DNA of 62,431 bases, the filler included, from Hausera hauseri (taxonomy: Eukaryota): assembly GCA_046269625.1 (NCBI GenBank). It is 11 parts of 11 records of this genome, joined end to end, with 100 filler letters (N's around TTAATTAATTAA, not from the genome) between each part and the next. Parts side by side here need not be neighbours in the genome. Positions count along the whole stretch, not along the records: positions 32,556 to 37,368 come from JBJURY010426474.1; positions 37,469 to 43,436 come from JBJURY010160643.1; positions 43,537 to 51,723 come from JBJURY010739876.1; 8 more parts are not named here. One strand, given 5' to 3'. The stretch's first letter is position 1, and the number at the start of each line of letters is the position of its first letter. A program made the position numbers and the translations under genes. Positions 35,501 to 49,168 of the stretch are shown here, in pieces. The notes under the pieces are model-generated. The model was not told where the DNA came from and made no database searches. It worked only from the letters and a program-made list of their open reading frames with translations.

Positions 35501-37368
35501 GACGGACTTGTCGTGCAGAAATTCATTATTGAGTCTGTAGAGCTGGAAGGTCTTGTCGGGCATGAATTTGTTAGTGACTATACAGGTGTAAGGTGCTGTC
35601 TTGTTGGAATTCGCCATTGACTCTGTCCAGCTTAAAGGTCTTGTCTTGCAGTAAGAATTCACTGCCTCTGTCAAGCTGGAAGGTCTTGTTGTGCATGAAG
35701 TCGTACTTGACACTTTCCAGAAAACTGGATGGCCTTGACATGCCAGAAGTCGTCATTGACTCTATACAGCTGGAAGGTCTTGTCGTGCAGGAAGTCGTAG
35801 TTGTCTCTATCCAGCGTGAATGTCTTGTCCTGCAGGAAGTCGTCATTTGCTCTGTCCATCTGGAAAGTCTTGTCGGGGAGAAATTCTTCATTGGCTCTGT
35901 CCTACTGAATATTCTTGTCGAGCTGGAAGAATATATTGACTCTGTCCAGATGGAATGTCTTGTCGGGCATGAATTCGTTAGTTACTCTGTACAACTGGAA
36001 GGTCTTGTCTTATAGGAATTCGCCATTGATTCTATCCAGCTTAAAGGTCTTGTCTTGCACAAAGAAGTCATTGCCTCTGTCCAGCTGGAAGGTCGTGTCG
36101 GGCAGGAAAGTGTCATTGACTCTTTCCAGTTGCATTTTCTTGTTGTACTGGAAATCATGATTCACTCTATCCAGCTAGAAGGTCTTGTTGTGCAAGAAGT
36201 CGTCATTTACTCTGTACAGCTGTAAAGTCTTGTCGTGCAGGAACTCGTCATTGACTCTGTCCAGCTGGAAAGACTTGTCGGGCATGAGGTCTTTATTGGC
36301 TCTGTCCTTCATATCTTGTCCTACTGTAAACTGTCCTAGTGCCCTTTGTCTTGTCTTGCAGGAAGAATTCATTCACTGTGTCCAGCTGGAAGGTCTTGAC
36401 GTGCAGAAAGTCGTCATTGACACTTTCTACCTTGCTGGAAGGTCTTCACGTGCCGGAAGTCGTCATTAAATCAGTCCAGCTGGACGGTTTTGTCGTGCAG
36501 GAAGTCGTCATTGACAAGCTGGAAACTTCTGTCTGGCAGGCATTCTTCATTGCCTCGGTGATACTGGAAAGTTTGTCGTGCAGGAAGAACTCATAAACTT
36601 TGTCCAACTGAAGGGTCTTGTCATGCATGAAGATGTCATTGTCTTTATGAAGCTGGAAGGTCTTGACCTGCAGGAAGTTTGTCATTGGCTCTGTCCAGCT
36701 GATTGGTCTTGCCTTGCAGGAAGTCGTCGTTGACTCTGTCTCTGTGGAAGGTATGGCAGTGCAGCTGTTCGTCATTGAATCTGTTCGGATAGAAGATCTT
36801 GACGTGCAGGAAGAAGTCATTGACTCTGTCCAGATGGAAGGCCTAATTATGCAGTAAGAAGTTATTGACTCTGTCCAGCCGGAAGGCCCTGTCGTGCAAG
36901 AATTCGTTATTGAATCTGTAGAGTTGGAAGGTCTTGTCGGGCTTGAAATCCTTTCTGAATCTGTACAGCTGGAAGTTCTTGTCTTGTAGGAATTCGCCGT
37001 TGACTCTGTTCTGCTTAAAGATCTTGTCTTGCAGGAGGTCTTCATTGACACTGTCCATCTAGATGGAATGTCTTGACGTGCCGGAAATCCTCACTGACTC
37101 TGTGGAAGGTTTTGTGCAGGAATTCGTCATTGACTCTGTCCAGATGGAAGGACTTGTCGGGCAGAAATTTGTCATTGACTCTTTCTAGTTGCATGTTCTT
37201 GTTGTACAGGAAATCGTGATTGACTCTGTCCAGCTAGAAGGTCTTGTCATGCAGTGAGTCTTCATTTACTTTGTCCAGCTGTAAGGTCTTTTTGTGCAGG
37301 AATTCTTCACTGGCTCTGTCCTACTGGAAAGTCTTTTCTTGCAGGAAGAATTCATTGACTGTGTCCAG
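32556..37368. repeat. 45-bp satellite array (about 100 diverged monomers); consensus GACTCTGTCCAGCTGGAAGGTCTTGTCGTGCAGGAAGTCGTCATT
   Basis: The entire contig is tandem monomers, with no unique spacers. Confidence 0.95.
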
Positions 37369-37468
37369 NNNNNNNNNNNNNNNNNNNNNNNNNNNNNNNN
37401 NNNNNNNNNNNNTTAATTAATTAANNNNNNNNNNNNNNNNNNNNNNNNNNNNNNNNNNNNNNNNNNNN

Positions 37469-37672
37469 GGAACAAATAATGCTGAACATAACGAATTCAA
37501 ATCGAGAGACATCGTTAATGTTAGTAATGGTACATTTTCTGGTCAACAGAGGGAAATCAAACACATTTATAAATCATTTTCCTTTATTTACAATCGGAAT
37601 TCCGCTGAAAATTCCGGTTACTTTGCCGTTAAAAATCAACTGTTATTAAAAAATGGAAAGGAAACAAAGTAG
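37469..37672 (+). pseudogene. SPT5: Fragment of transcription elongation factor SPT5 (KOW domain); exon or pseudogene
   Basis: NEFKSRDIVNVSNGTFSGQQREIKHIYKSFSFIYNRNSAENSGYFAVK aligns with SPT5 [48 protein letters not shown]. Not in the ORF track. Confidence 0.75.
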
Positions 37673-37850
37673 CTGATGATTCGTGTAAAATGCCAAGTGT
37701 ACAAATTCCACAAAGTCCCCGGTTGCACGATGTTTCAAATAATATTGCTAATAACGACAAACAAATTCAAAATGCCGCATTTGATAAAATCCCGACACAA
37801 ATTCATTCAGTCTACTGCTAGAATAATTAAAGGATCTTTGAAGGGGAATT

Positions 37851-40800
37851 TGGTTACCCCGAAATTTGGGTCCCGCTGCGGCGTGGCTGAGGTCCCGGCC
37901 TCTCACCCTGCACCACTGAGTTGGACGGCGCCTTTCGTTGCCGCCCCATAACACGCCCCCAGACATATTACCTCTCCCAACTTTATTTTCCTTATTTAAA
38001 TAACAAATATATTCACACATACAGCATTACACTTACACACTGTGGCTATTCACAACTTCATCTCTAACCTACTCCATTCCTCCGACTTCAACCTCATACA
38101 CAATGGATCTGTAGTGCTTTTCGCTGGATCCCTCCAACCTTCTACGACTTGTGTCTGCCTTTACATTCACTTCCATATCCGTGGTGGCATAGATTCGTCA
38201 CCCACAACTGATACCACGGACAAACCCACAAAACCACAGATCTCTATCACTTACCCAAACAAAGTGCTTTAAACACTTAGACACAACACAAACGCCTCAG
38301 TCATTCACTCTGCACCGAATACTTACTCGACAGCCAAAACTCTACTCAAATTTGTCTAAAACTGCATCAATTCTGGCTCTAATCACAAGGCATCGTCGAC
38401 CTCTTATCCAAAGCCAACAGCCTCTTTTTCCATTTACCAGGTTCCATCAAAACTAAAATTACCAATATCATCAATATACTTTATCACACCGACCCATATA
38501 CTCAACTTTACAATGCCGTTTTCAAGCTTAATGAGTAGTCAATCGATTCAATCATTCAGAGATTCTTCAATGACAACGCCATGGGCCTACAGAAGCCTTC
38601 TGAATTCTTGCGCACATCTTTGTCTCATCTCAATACCCTGGCGTAACATCTGAGCATAGTTCAGAACTTATTCGTTGCTACTTTTTAAATGCATTGCCCC
38701 TTCAAATAAGAGCTTTGCTTACTGTGGTCGATGACTCCACGGCTTTGGACAAGCTAGCCGAACTGGCAGACAAAGTATATGAAGTACTGCACTCACACAC
38801 AACACCAACTGTCTCTGCAGCATTAACAACAGACCAACAACAACAAGATGCAATGCCGCAGCAAAAATTGCGCAATTACGCACTGAAAATGCAATGTTAC
38901 AGAAGAAAATTAACAACATAAACGAAAAATTAAACGAATTAACTCTGCCTCGACGGGGTTTTTTTAGAGCTGCTTCCCCTAATGTACTTAATCAACGTCC
39001 AAGTCCGTTGCCTTCGCCCGCGCGGTCACCTATTTACTATTATCATAGCAAATTTAGTAACAATGCTCAGAAATGCTGCATCGATTGTAAATTTTACTCC
39101 CCCGACTTTAATAAAGCAATATCCTTTGCATATATCACTCAAAATTTGGAACAACAGCACAAAAATGCCTACCTGGCTGTGACTACAACACACACAATAA
39201 GACCAACACTACTAAGCTCACACAAAACAGTAGGCCAAACTCACCAACTACAAAAAACTGATTTCGCCGCTAGGACACACGGCAAGTCCTAGCAAAGGTA
39301 CGAACCTGCAAAAAAATAGCCGACACATTTCCTTTGCTGTATTCACGTTGGAAGCAGCAGTCGTCAATCCAACAAAGCAAAACATTAATTTTCTTATAGA
39401 CACCGGCGCAGCCATCTCTTTACTACCACCAACACAACACATCCAAAACAATTTAACTTCAGACAAGTAACTGTTCACTGCGTCCGGTGAACCTTTACAA
39501 ACTTTTGGAGTTACCAAATTAACGTTCACACTCTCAAATTTCCCAAATACATTCACATGGAAATTTACAGTAGCCAATGCACGCACACCTATACTGGGTT
39601 TAGACTTTCTGTTCCACTACAATTTACTTGTAGATTGAAAACGATGTTCCTTAAAGAGCGGAAATAATTTTAATCAAATTAACAGTATTTCGCTGACCAC
39701 TCGAGCGATCGCTTTCAACAAGTCAATACTGATGCAAACGACTTCCGATTTAAATTATTTTTATAATCATACATTATACAGAAATTTTTACTACGGGTAA
39801 CAAATACGATATTGCCAACTGCATGGCACTCATTATTGATAGCACAGCTGCCAACACCATCTTCAACACGAACATCCTGCACCAAATACCACCCAGTCAA
39901 AACACCTAGTCTATAACTCAACTGCATCCAGTCGCGATACATCGACACCGCTTGATAACTTTTCATCGTAGCCTTCTGATCTACAGAAATACATTTCGTC
40001 TTCCTGCATGCGTCTGCTGCAGAAGGACAAATCATTTGTACCACCTCAATCCATCTTCCGTCACATAGTAACAGCACATCAGAAACTAATACATCAAAAG
40101 GTCCGTCCGCTATCGCCTCGTCGCAGACAGGCAGTGGAGGCTGAGTTTCTCGAACTGAAAAGATCAGGCATAATCAGAAGATCCAAATCCCCCTGGTCTT
40201 CACCACTGTATGTGGTTCCAAAAAAAGATGGTACCTCTCGTCCGTGCGGTGATTACCGCCAACTTAACACCATAACAACAATGGATGCATACACTCTACC
40301 ATCAATCAACGATATTCTTCACAGGCTCCATGGTTCGACCATCTTTTCCTGCACTACCAAATCCCGGTGGCCCCAGCAGATATTCCAAAAATGGCTGTCA
40401 TTACACCTTTCGGCCTTTTCGAATACCTTTTTATGCTTTTTGGACTCCATAGCGCTTCTAAGACCTACGAAAGGCATATAGATACCGTTCTATCAGGTTT
40501 AGACTTCGCCTATTCCTACATTGATAATATATTAACTGCATCATCCTCCTCGAAACAACACTCTGAACACTTACGTTTGATCTTCCAACGCTTGCACCAA
40601 AACAATTTGCAAATCAATTTCTCCAAATGCTCTTTTTTCAACATAAGGTCAGCTTCCTAGGACATGTTATTAGCTCCTCCGGACATTCACCTCAGCCAGA
40701 CCGCATCAGACAGCTCAAAAACATACAGCTACCACGTACATCAACAAAGATGCATTCTTTCCTCGGAACCTTGCACTTTATTCACAAGTATGTTCTATAC

Positions 40801-43200
40801 TGCTCCACTCTAACCGCTCCATTTACATCAGTAAGCTCTGGAAAGAAAAAACAGCTTATTCAATGGACCGCCAAGCTAGTCAACGCCTTCGATCACCTCA
40901 AAGACAATTTAAAAACCGTAGAAATCTTGGACTATCCAGACTCCCATGCAGAACTCTTCTTAACCACGGACGCATCCGCAACAGCTCCAGGTGCTGTCCT
41001 CCATAAAGTTAAAAATGGATCCCATGAGCCATTAGAATTTTTCTCTCGGAAATTCACAACACAAGAGCAAAGATATTCCATCTTTGACCGAGAATTGCTT
41101 GCAATGGTCTTTGTTGTAAAACACTTTAAACATCTGTTAACTGCACGAACTTTTACAATACAAACGGACCACAAGCCCTTGCTTTAAATTCTCACCATGA
41201 AATCGCCTTCTTCACGTCAGGAGAGGCAAATATCATATTTGTCCCCATTTAATTTTGTATTCAAGCACCTAAACGGAGTCGGCAACTTAGTAGCAGAGTT
41301 TTTGCCCCCATCGGTCAGCTCGATTGATTTTACACCAATTTTTCCTCAATGCAAACTTCAACAAAACCAGCCACCTCCTAATATTCTTAAGTTTTTAAAT
41401 CGTGCAAAACCATCGACGGTATGGCCTTCGACACTTCCAAACCGAATAATCCTAAAGTCATCCTTTCTGAAACGCTTCAAAAAGAAGCATTCAAGAGCAT
41501 TCATTCGTTGCATCATCCAGGTACCAAGGCCACTTTTCGCCTTTTACAACACCAAGTAGTATTACCGTCGATGTGCTCTGACGTGCAGGCGTGGGTTAAG
41601 CAATGTGTGGAATGCCAAAAATACAAATTACTAAGCACTTAAAGCCACCACTATATCATTTTCCCTGCACGTCTCGTTTTGGATTTGTCCACATTGACCT
41701 CGTAGGCCCACTAACTTTAGACAATGGCCATCAGTTCATCTCACAATGATGGACCGTTCCTCGCGATGGCCATAGGCTGTCCCGCTTTGGAGCTCAAACA
41801 CAGAAACAATCACAGATATTTTTATCCGCACTTGGATCATCAGGTTTGGATCACTTCGCCACATCATTTTGGACCAAGATTCACAGTTTGAATCCAACCT
41901 GTTTAAAGCTCTTGTCAATCGATTGGAAATTAACCACATTCACATGTCACCATATCATTCCCAGTCGAATGGCTTTCTTGAACGCTTTCACCTCACGATA
42001 AAAATGTTTCTCAAAATCCTTGCTGAGTCCAATCGCAGTTGGACTACACTCCTTCCGTACGTTCTGCTTGGTTGGCAGAACACCATATACTTCTACAGGC
42101 TGTTCACCTGCAGAAGCATTATTTGGCACTCCCATCAGATCATTATTCAAGCTGACTGAGCTGAACAATACTCCTACAGATGAAACTATACAAGCGGCAC
42201 AGAGACACTTCGTTGAGATCAGAAAAGACTCATTTTGCAGACATTTACACGCAAATAAACCTTACATATCCGACGATTTATATACTGCCAAGTACGTTTG
42301 ACTAAAGAATCAGACGCCGTGTGATTTTCATCCTCAGCATGTCCGCTCTTACAAAGTAATTTGTTTACACTCCCATAACGTCATCATCCTCAAAGACGAC
42401 AAAGAAGTAACAGTCCACACCAACAACGCTAAACCTGCATTATTCATTGACGATACGTCTCCCATCGAAGCCACTTCTCCATCAACATTTTTACACGACG
42501 CGCAGCAATCCAACAATTCACCTTCCATCACTCCTCAATTTCTTAATCCACTTTCCCCTACGTTTTCGTCAAAAACTCCCATTTTAATTTCTTCACACAA
42601 TTCAGTATCATTCGCCCCATCCGATTTTGCACCTTCAAGCCTTTTCACACCTCTTTCATACCCTGATAACAATCTGCTTTCTCCTCTTACAATACCTCCT
42701 CCATCAAACACCACTTCGACTTCACCAATCTCTCCATCCATCCCTTTCATCATTCCTACCTCTTGCACACCACCCTCCAACTACTTTCCTTCGCCTTTTC
42801 CATCTTCTCGCTCTCTTCCGCTTTGTACCGCCTTGACGTTTTCTCTCTCTCTCTCTTTCTCCTTCCACACCTTCCTCATCTTCGGAGCTTTCTTTCTCCC
42901 TTTCTCCTCACACATCGCCTTCTTCCCCTTTCATTTCCGCTTCGCAACTTCCTCCTCTCTTTACTTCTATCCCTGTCTCTCTTTCTTTCTCTACCACTAC
43001 CTCTGTTTCATCTTCCACTTCCACTCTTTCACACAATCTCATTTCAACTTCTATTCCAACTTTTTTCTCTCTTCCTTTATCCGCCACTACACCTTTTATC
43101 ATTCCTCCGTCTTCTAACACTCTTTTGAATACCTGTAGCCATTCGTCTTCAACAATCTCTCTTCCTCCTTCACCCTCTTCTCCTCTTCTTGCTGTCTCGC
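37851..43200 (+). mobile_element. CsRn1-clade Ty3/Gypsy retrotransposon (gag, PR, RT, RNaseH, IN), degenerate
   Basis: gag: KPSEFLR..FLNALPLQIR..LAELADK and the CHCC-like YYYHSKF..AQKC..C. pol: FLIDTGA, RPCGDYRQLN, YIDN, TTDAS, YSIFDRELL, TDHKPL, HHPG, HIDLVGP, LERFH. Possible tRNA-Trp PBS TGGTTACCCCGA at 37851. Confidence 0.92.
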
Positions 43201-45122
43201 CTTTGCATGACACAATAATCAAAACAAAATCCGACAATTTTTTCGCCAACTTCAAACTCTGCGAGCAAACACATCGCAAAAACACAAAACACGCAGAATC
43301 ACATTCAGCAAGTATGGCAGGGAAAAATAAGTACAAGGTACCCAACGTCTTGTCCACAGTAAGACCAACTGACATACACACTGTTTTGTTTAGCGCTTGT
43401 TTCTTTCCATCTATTTTCGTCTTCATAGTTTTCACTNNNNNNNNNNNNNNNNNNNNNNNNNNNNNNNNNNNNNNNNNNNNTTAATTAATTAANNNNNNNN
43501 NNNNNNNNNNNNNNNNNNNNNNNNNNNNNNNNNNNNAAATTTTAGTTTATTTAAATGTTAAGTGCGTGTGTGTCTTCAATGAAATCCCAAATGGTCCTTT
43601 GTTGTGTTTTAATTTTCTTCAATTGTATCGGTTTTGCTGAAATGAGCTGGGTACTAAACTGAATTAGTCAACAGAAATCACATAAAATAATCGATATTTA
43701 TACAACTACTAACTGTTGTGTCCATTAATTTTTTATCTACTGACTGAACAAGTTTGTCAGAATCATCTTCCTTTATTTACTACATTGTTATATTCGAACA
43801 GGTTCAAGGTCAGCTTATATTACAACAGCTTATATACTGCTGGCCATAATGACTTTCGGAACTCGTTTCCGTTGTCGAATTGACCCATCAGCATGCGAGC
43901 CGCTTCTGATTGGTTAATTGGTGCGTGGGTGGACCTCTCCCCCTTTGGTCCAGAAAGCTATTTTTCCCATACTCAGCCTATTTAATTCTATAAAATTCCC
44001 AATGAATTCGAATGGCAATTTGCCAGTCCAACCAACATTTTCTCAGCGATTATCATCATTGTTGTCAGTTTCATCGGTCAATTTAATTGTTCATATTTCT
44101 GTAACATTAACGGAAAATTCCTTTATTCTATCCCATGAATGCGAATGTGTTCGATTGATGGGCGAATTCAATCGGACAAATCTGTCGAATTTATGGATAG
44201 CCATGGTCAAATGTTGAACATTTTTCCATGAACAATAGTGGAAATGCGTCAGTTTCAAAACAATCTTTCTACCGAAATTCATCAAATTACTCGAACATGC
44301 TGCCAATGAAAATGTCTCCAAAAATTGTTTATCAATTCTTCCAGCCATTCTTCAAAAATCCACCAAGACCGAAAACCACCCATGCGAGCTGAACGACATT
44401 AAAGGCCCCCTGTTGTCAATGTAGGGAGTACTGAACCAAGGAAGAATTCGAGCGATAAATTATCAAATATATTTTTCGATATCTTAAAACTTCTACTAAT
44501 GATACATTACCAAATTACGTAATCATTAAATAATTAGCATGCAATCAATTCGCCATATGCCAAGGATGTCCTATCGTTGGAAAGTACGATTATGACAGTA
44601 TCATGCATTATTCGAGTTATGCCCATACCTGTCAAAAAGGACGACGAACGATGGAGAAGAAAAATGGAGAACCAATCAAAATGAACACAAAAATGTCAGA
44701 TAATGATGTTCATATGATTCTGAAAACTTACAAATGTTTAAATTGAAAATGTTTTGTGAAATATTACTTTTGTTTTCGTCGCTTTCAGTCCTTTTCGAGG
44801 ACACACAATAAATCGAATATTAAAAGGAAATTGACTCAAGAAAAGGAACGAATATCTAAACGTAGTAAGGTGGGAGGAGGGGGAACTTGAACAATTGCAC
44901 AATGCTGTCACATTGCGCTATGTCGACTTCATTGGTAAAAATATTTTCATATTATGAGATACTCATATTCCATTTGACTAAAGTAAACTGTTTAACAATG
45001 CCATACATACAACAAACATGGAAGATAAAAACAGTTCGTAAATCAACGCCATGTTTATTGTTTAGTTAGTCCGACGCAGAATAAAGCAGTCTGCAATTCT
45101 GCTATTTGCTTAAGTCCCCAAT

Positions 45123-45677
45123 ATGATTTATTGTGCTTTTATGTTTCTATGTTTGATAGTGGTATCCAATACCATAACATCAATTATTAATGGTAAAACA
45201 TATTATAAAAGAAATGCAATAACATCAATGACTACATGGGATGCTGCACAATATTGTGAAACTATGAATGGTCGATTACCCAATGGACCAGATTTGGATA
45301 ACATAAAACAGCTGAATTGGATGAATAACGATTTTTATGTAGGAATATCAGATTTGGTCAATGAACGATACAAAAATAAAAATGGATGGCTGAATTTTGA
45401 TGGGTCGACTTTTACACAAATTCAAAATTGGGTGTGGAATGAGCCGTCTGATGGTAGCGGTGAAGAAGACTGTGTGTACTTTTCGAAATATTTCAATGGC
45501 TTAAATGATTTTCCATGTAATGTGGTATATTCAGTAGATGTCATTTGTGTTTTGGATCAAGTTAAGGCATCAGAAATATCACTGTCAACGTCATTGACAA
45601 TTGTCAACAATGACAACAATGAAGGACAATCTGAAACATATTTTGTCGTTTCGAAAATTAAATGCACCATCATGTAA
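45123..45677 (+). CDS. Secreted C-type lectin domain protein
   Basis: N-terminal signal peptide; TWDAAQYC..GRL, FYVGISD, NWVWNEPS..EDCV, LNDFPC..VIC. Confidence 0.85.
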   Translation: MIYCAFMFLCLIVVSNTITSIINGKTYYKRNAITSMTTWDAAQYCETMNGRLPNGPDLDNIKQLNWMNNDFYVGISDLVNERYKNKNGWLNFDGSTFTQIQNWVWNEPSDGSGEEDCVYFSKYFNGLNDFPCNVVYSVDVICVLDQVKASEISLSTSLTIVNNDNNEGQSETYFVVSKIKCTIM

Positions 45678-47559
45678 ATTCTTGGTTTGTTGAATAATTG
45701 AATGTCACAATTTTCAGGTGTTTGAACAGGCAGCCATTTTGTAAAAGTGTATTTATGCAAATAAGTACAAATAGCTGCATGTTGAATATTTATACGGATC
45801 AATCATTGCCATTGAGATTTGCAAATTCATCTGCTTCATGGATTCGATATCAATTAGCATAACATTTGTTAATGTTGTTTATTTGCGTGCATTAATAAAT
45901 TGACTGGCATTAATTTTCATTAATACAAATCAGAAATATATTTTGTAGTAATTAGTAATGCAGATATTTTACAATTACATAATAAAATATGAATATCCAT
46001 ATCAATTATTAAATTAGTAATAATATAGTAAAGTCTATTGGTTTGTCGAGTATACATATTTAATTTGGATTTCTGCCATCCGGATCCATTTGACATCACT
46101 TAACAACAAAGAAATCCATTTCATGTGGTGAAGATTCATCAGAAAATTTCCTCAAAATCTCAATGATAAGTATTATTATTTGTAGACCTTATACTAGGGC
46201 ATTTTAAAAAGCCATCAAAAAAAGAAGATCCGCATGTTAAATAGCATCAACGTACAGAGTGAGAAAAATGGGAAATTTTTATATTTGTTCACGACAGCCA
46301 TTTAAAATGTCCTGTCGACAAAAGAACATGACCGAGAACATTTCTACCATTTCGATAAACAAATTTCAATCCATTGAATGTTAATAATTTCCATGGAGTT
46401 AAATTGATTAAAAGATTTTGATTATGATGTTATAGTTAATACTGTAATAGAAATTATAAATATATTTTTATTTGTTTAATTTGCATTATTATTATCTCTA
46501 GTAAAGTGCATAAAATAAAACATTGCATAATAAAAGGTGAATATTTATTACATTATCACAAATAATCAATATTCAATTATCATCAATTGGATCAATATTC
46601 ATTACAAATTCTGTCATATGACATTTTGTTAAACCTTGTTAGAAAAAACCTTGATTGATCAGTGGTAACATACACACAAATGTTAGATGAACTCCAGTCA
46701 TATTGCCATATATCAATTTCTTATTCATTGTCAACAGTTTCCTCAAATAATTCCCAATGTATTTTAAATAATAATTATACCATTTTACATTTAATAATGC
46801 ATTAATTGAATGATTACCTTCAGTCAAATACATTTTTAAAATTACTATTTAAGGAATTTTGTGCTCGTCATGTTACAATATTTTCACATTGAATGACCTT
46901 GATCTCATGTGATCTTAAGGAAATAGGGTAGAGAGTTTGTCACAAACGAAATGAATGACAAATGCATATTACTGACAAACAATTATTGACAAATAATGCA
47001 GAAGAATGAGCGAATTTTTATACATTTAAAATGGTGACCTTCTATTGTTTTATGATAGCCATTGAATATTGTTACCCCTTTGTGGAATTTCATTCAAATA
47101 ATTTACTGCATGTGCGTGCATTAACTTGTAGTCATCGATATCATAAAATACCGCAAATGTTCATTATTCCTTTGGGTAAAATTTTCAAATGAAAATCCCA
47201 AATGACCTTTTGTTATATTTTAATGTGTTGCAACTTCATTTGAAATGGGAAATAAATTTTATGGCGCTACAACACAAATGACATGACCACAGTATCGCAT
47301 TGATACAGAAAATCGATATTTTTAATGGTGATAAATTCAATTTGACATGTTGTTAGTTCACATAAACAACATCACATCACCCCCATAAATTTACCCCAAA
47401 AGTGCTAGTCGCACCGTCACCCAATCTTTCTTACGGAATTCCCTTACTGGCTCGAATGCTTTGTTTTTCGAATGGATTTGATGGATTTTAATTTTGGAAA
47501 ACTTGAGGCTTTGAATTTCTTTCAATGTCCTTATCAATTTCTTTACCATTTCCACTTCA

Positions 47560-47790
47560 TTCTCATAATTAAAATTCATTAATTGAATAGCCCATCTTAA
47601 TAATGGAGCTGATGTTACCTTTGATAATTCATGACGAATGTTGAATATAAATTCCAATGGTCTATGATCACATGTCAATAATGTCAATTTATTTCAAGAG
47701 AGAAAATTTCAAGCACTCGTGGTAGCACACAATCACTAAAGCCTCTCTGTCAATATTAAAGTAGTTCCTTTCCGTCTTAGTGCGGTTACG
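47560..47790 (-). mobile_element. Gypsy (Mag-like) RNase H remnant
   Basis: NYFNIDREAL, LTCDHRPLEFIF..SAPLLRWAIQLMNFNY. Confidence 0.7.
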
Positions 47791-48514
47791 AGATATAACT
47801 AGTAGGTACAAATGTTATTTCATAACCACTTATCAAAACAATGTCAAATTGGCTCGGTAAGCATATTTTCCTGCCTATCTCGCTATAACGATCATTTTCG
47901 GTAAAATTTTGATCAAACCTCCCCTCGTGCACCCACGGACTTTGGACTGAGCGAAGTCGGTAGAACATGATAAGACCAGCAAACGTTTATAGCGCTGGTA
48001 AACTAACAAATATAACAAGAGGGGCTAGAGAACAAAAATGCAAAACAGGAAATGCGGCACGAGTAACGGGACACAGGTTGCTAGCACACTAATAATCTGA
48101 ACAAGGGTCAAATCGATATCGAAGAATCTAATGCGCATATTTTCAACGTTGTCCGAACATGGGAAGATGGAAATAAACACATGCGAAAATTTCAAGCTCA
48201 AATATTTCCCCATGTTCAAGTCCACCGGTGATGGAAATCGGTTAGATACGTAGGCCGTCATGCGGCACGCGTTTCATATTATTAGCGCCTCACAATAAGA
48301 TCATCGGGAGATGGTAAAAAATGGCTCGAAATGCGTTGATGTTAAAAATCATCATCATCATCATCATCAATGTAAATTCTGCGTAAAAATCAAGTTTTAT
48401 GTTTCACGTTCTGTCGTACATCAACTAAATCCGAATAAAATAATAATATTAAATTAGGGTCACACAGACCATGGGCTCATAACCAATTACTATTCATCCG
48501 GAGAATGATCAAGG

Positions 48515-48763
48515 TTACCATAATAAATAAATAAAGAGATAGTAAAATCCGAGTGGATTGAATATTTTGACGACGGTAGGATGTACGTACACATCAATGC
48601 AATGTTCACCCGGTAACAATGAAGTTTGTGTATTGACAATAAAACCACCAGTTTGTCGTACGTCATGTGGCACACAATCCAGGGGAAACACACTTTTTTC
48701 CATTCGGACACCGTTATCGCATCGCCCGCGGCTTGGACTTTTGTTCCATATGCTACTCGACAC
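48515..48763 (-). pseudogene. Adenain-like (Polinton) cysteine protease remnant
   Basis: VFPLDCVP..GGFIVNTQTSLLPGEHCIDVYV..KIFNPLG matches GVFP.D.LP..IVNT....PGEHW.....FD..G; the catalytic Cys region is not recognisable. Confidence 0.6.
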
Positions 48764-49069
48764 GGGCCGCCTTTATCAGTGCACACACGGGTGTCTCTGA
48801 CGTCATCGGTGCATCGTGCACCTTTCTTTCCGTTTTCGTTCGCTTACCCGACGCCCAATTGTTACAGGACCATCAACCGTTGGTCGATAATGTTTCCCAC
48901 TGCCCCACAAACCATATGCGGGTTCTGGATCACTTTTTGCCCTCGCCCCGTGCTTCTGCGCGGCATCCGATCGACTTCGTTCCTTCGCCATTCGATGCGT
49001 CTTCCGTGTCCCATCTTTTCTATTTGTCACACATGACCGTGCACCACTTCCTTCTAACATCCACAATTC

Positions 49070-49168
49070 TTCGTGCACTTCCCTTGCCCCTAGTATACAC
49101 CGTGCACTTCCCATGCCCCTAGGATACACCGTGCACTTCCCCTGCTCCTAGGATACACCGTGCACCTT
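49070..49168. repeat. 28-bp tandem repeat (CCTAGGATACACCGTGCACTTCCCNTGC) x about 3.5
   Basis: Directly visible. Confidence 0.85.

Noticed and set aside
32556-37368. CRISPR array, or the many 60-200 aa ORFs as real genes
   Set aside because: Monomers are contiguous and diverged, with no unique spacers and no cas genes. The ORFs arise because the 45-bp consensus is stop-free in four frames, and they are broken frequently.
42535-43484. Leu/Phe-rich and Glu/Gly-rich ORFs
   Set aside because: By-products of a pyrimidine-rich low-complexity tract.
43880-44348. Possible decayed gene on the minus strand
   Set aside because: No motif that I can recognise; not supportable without a search.
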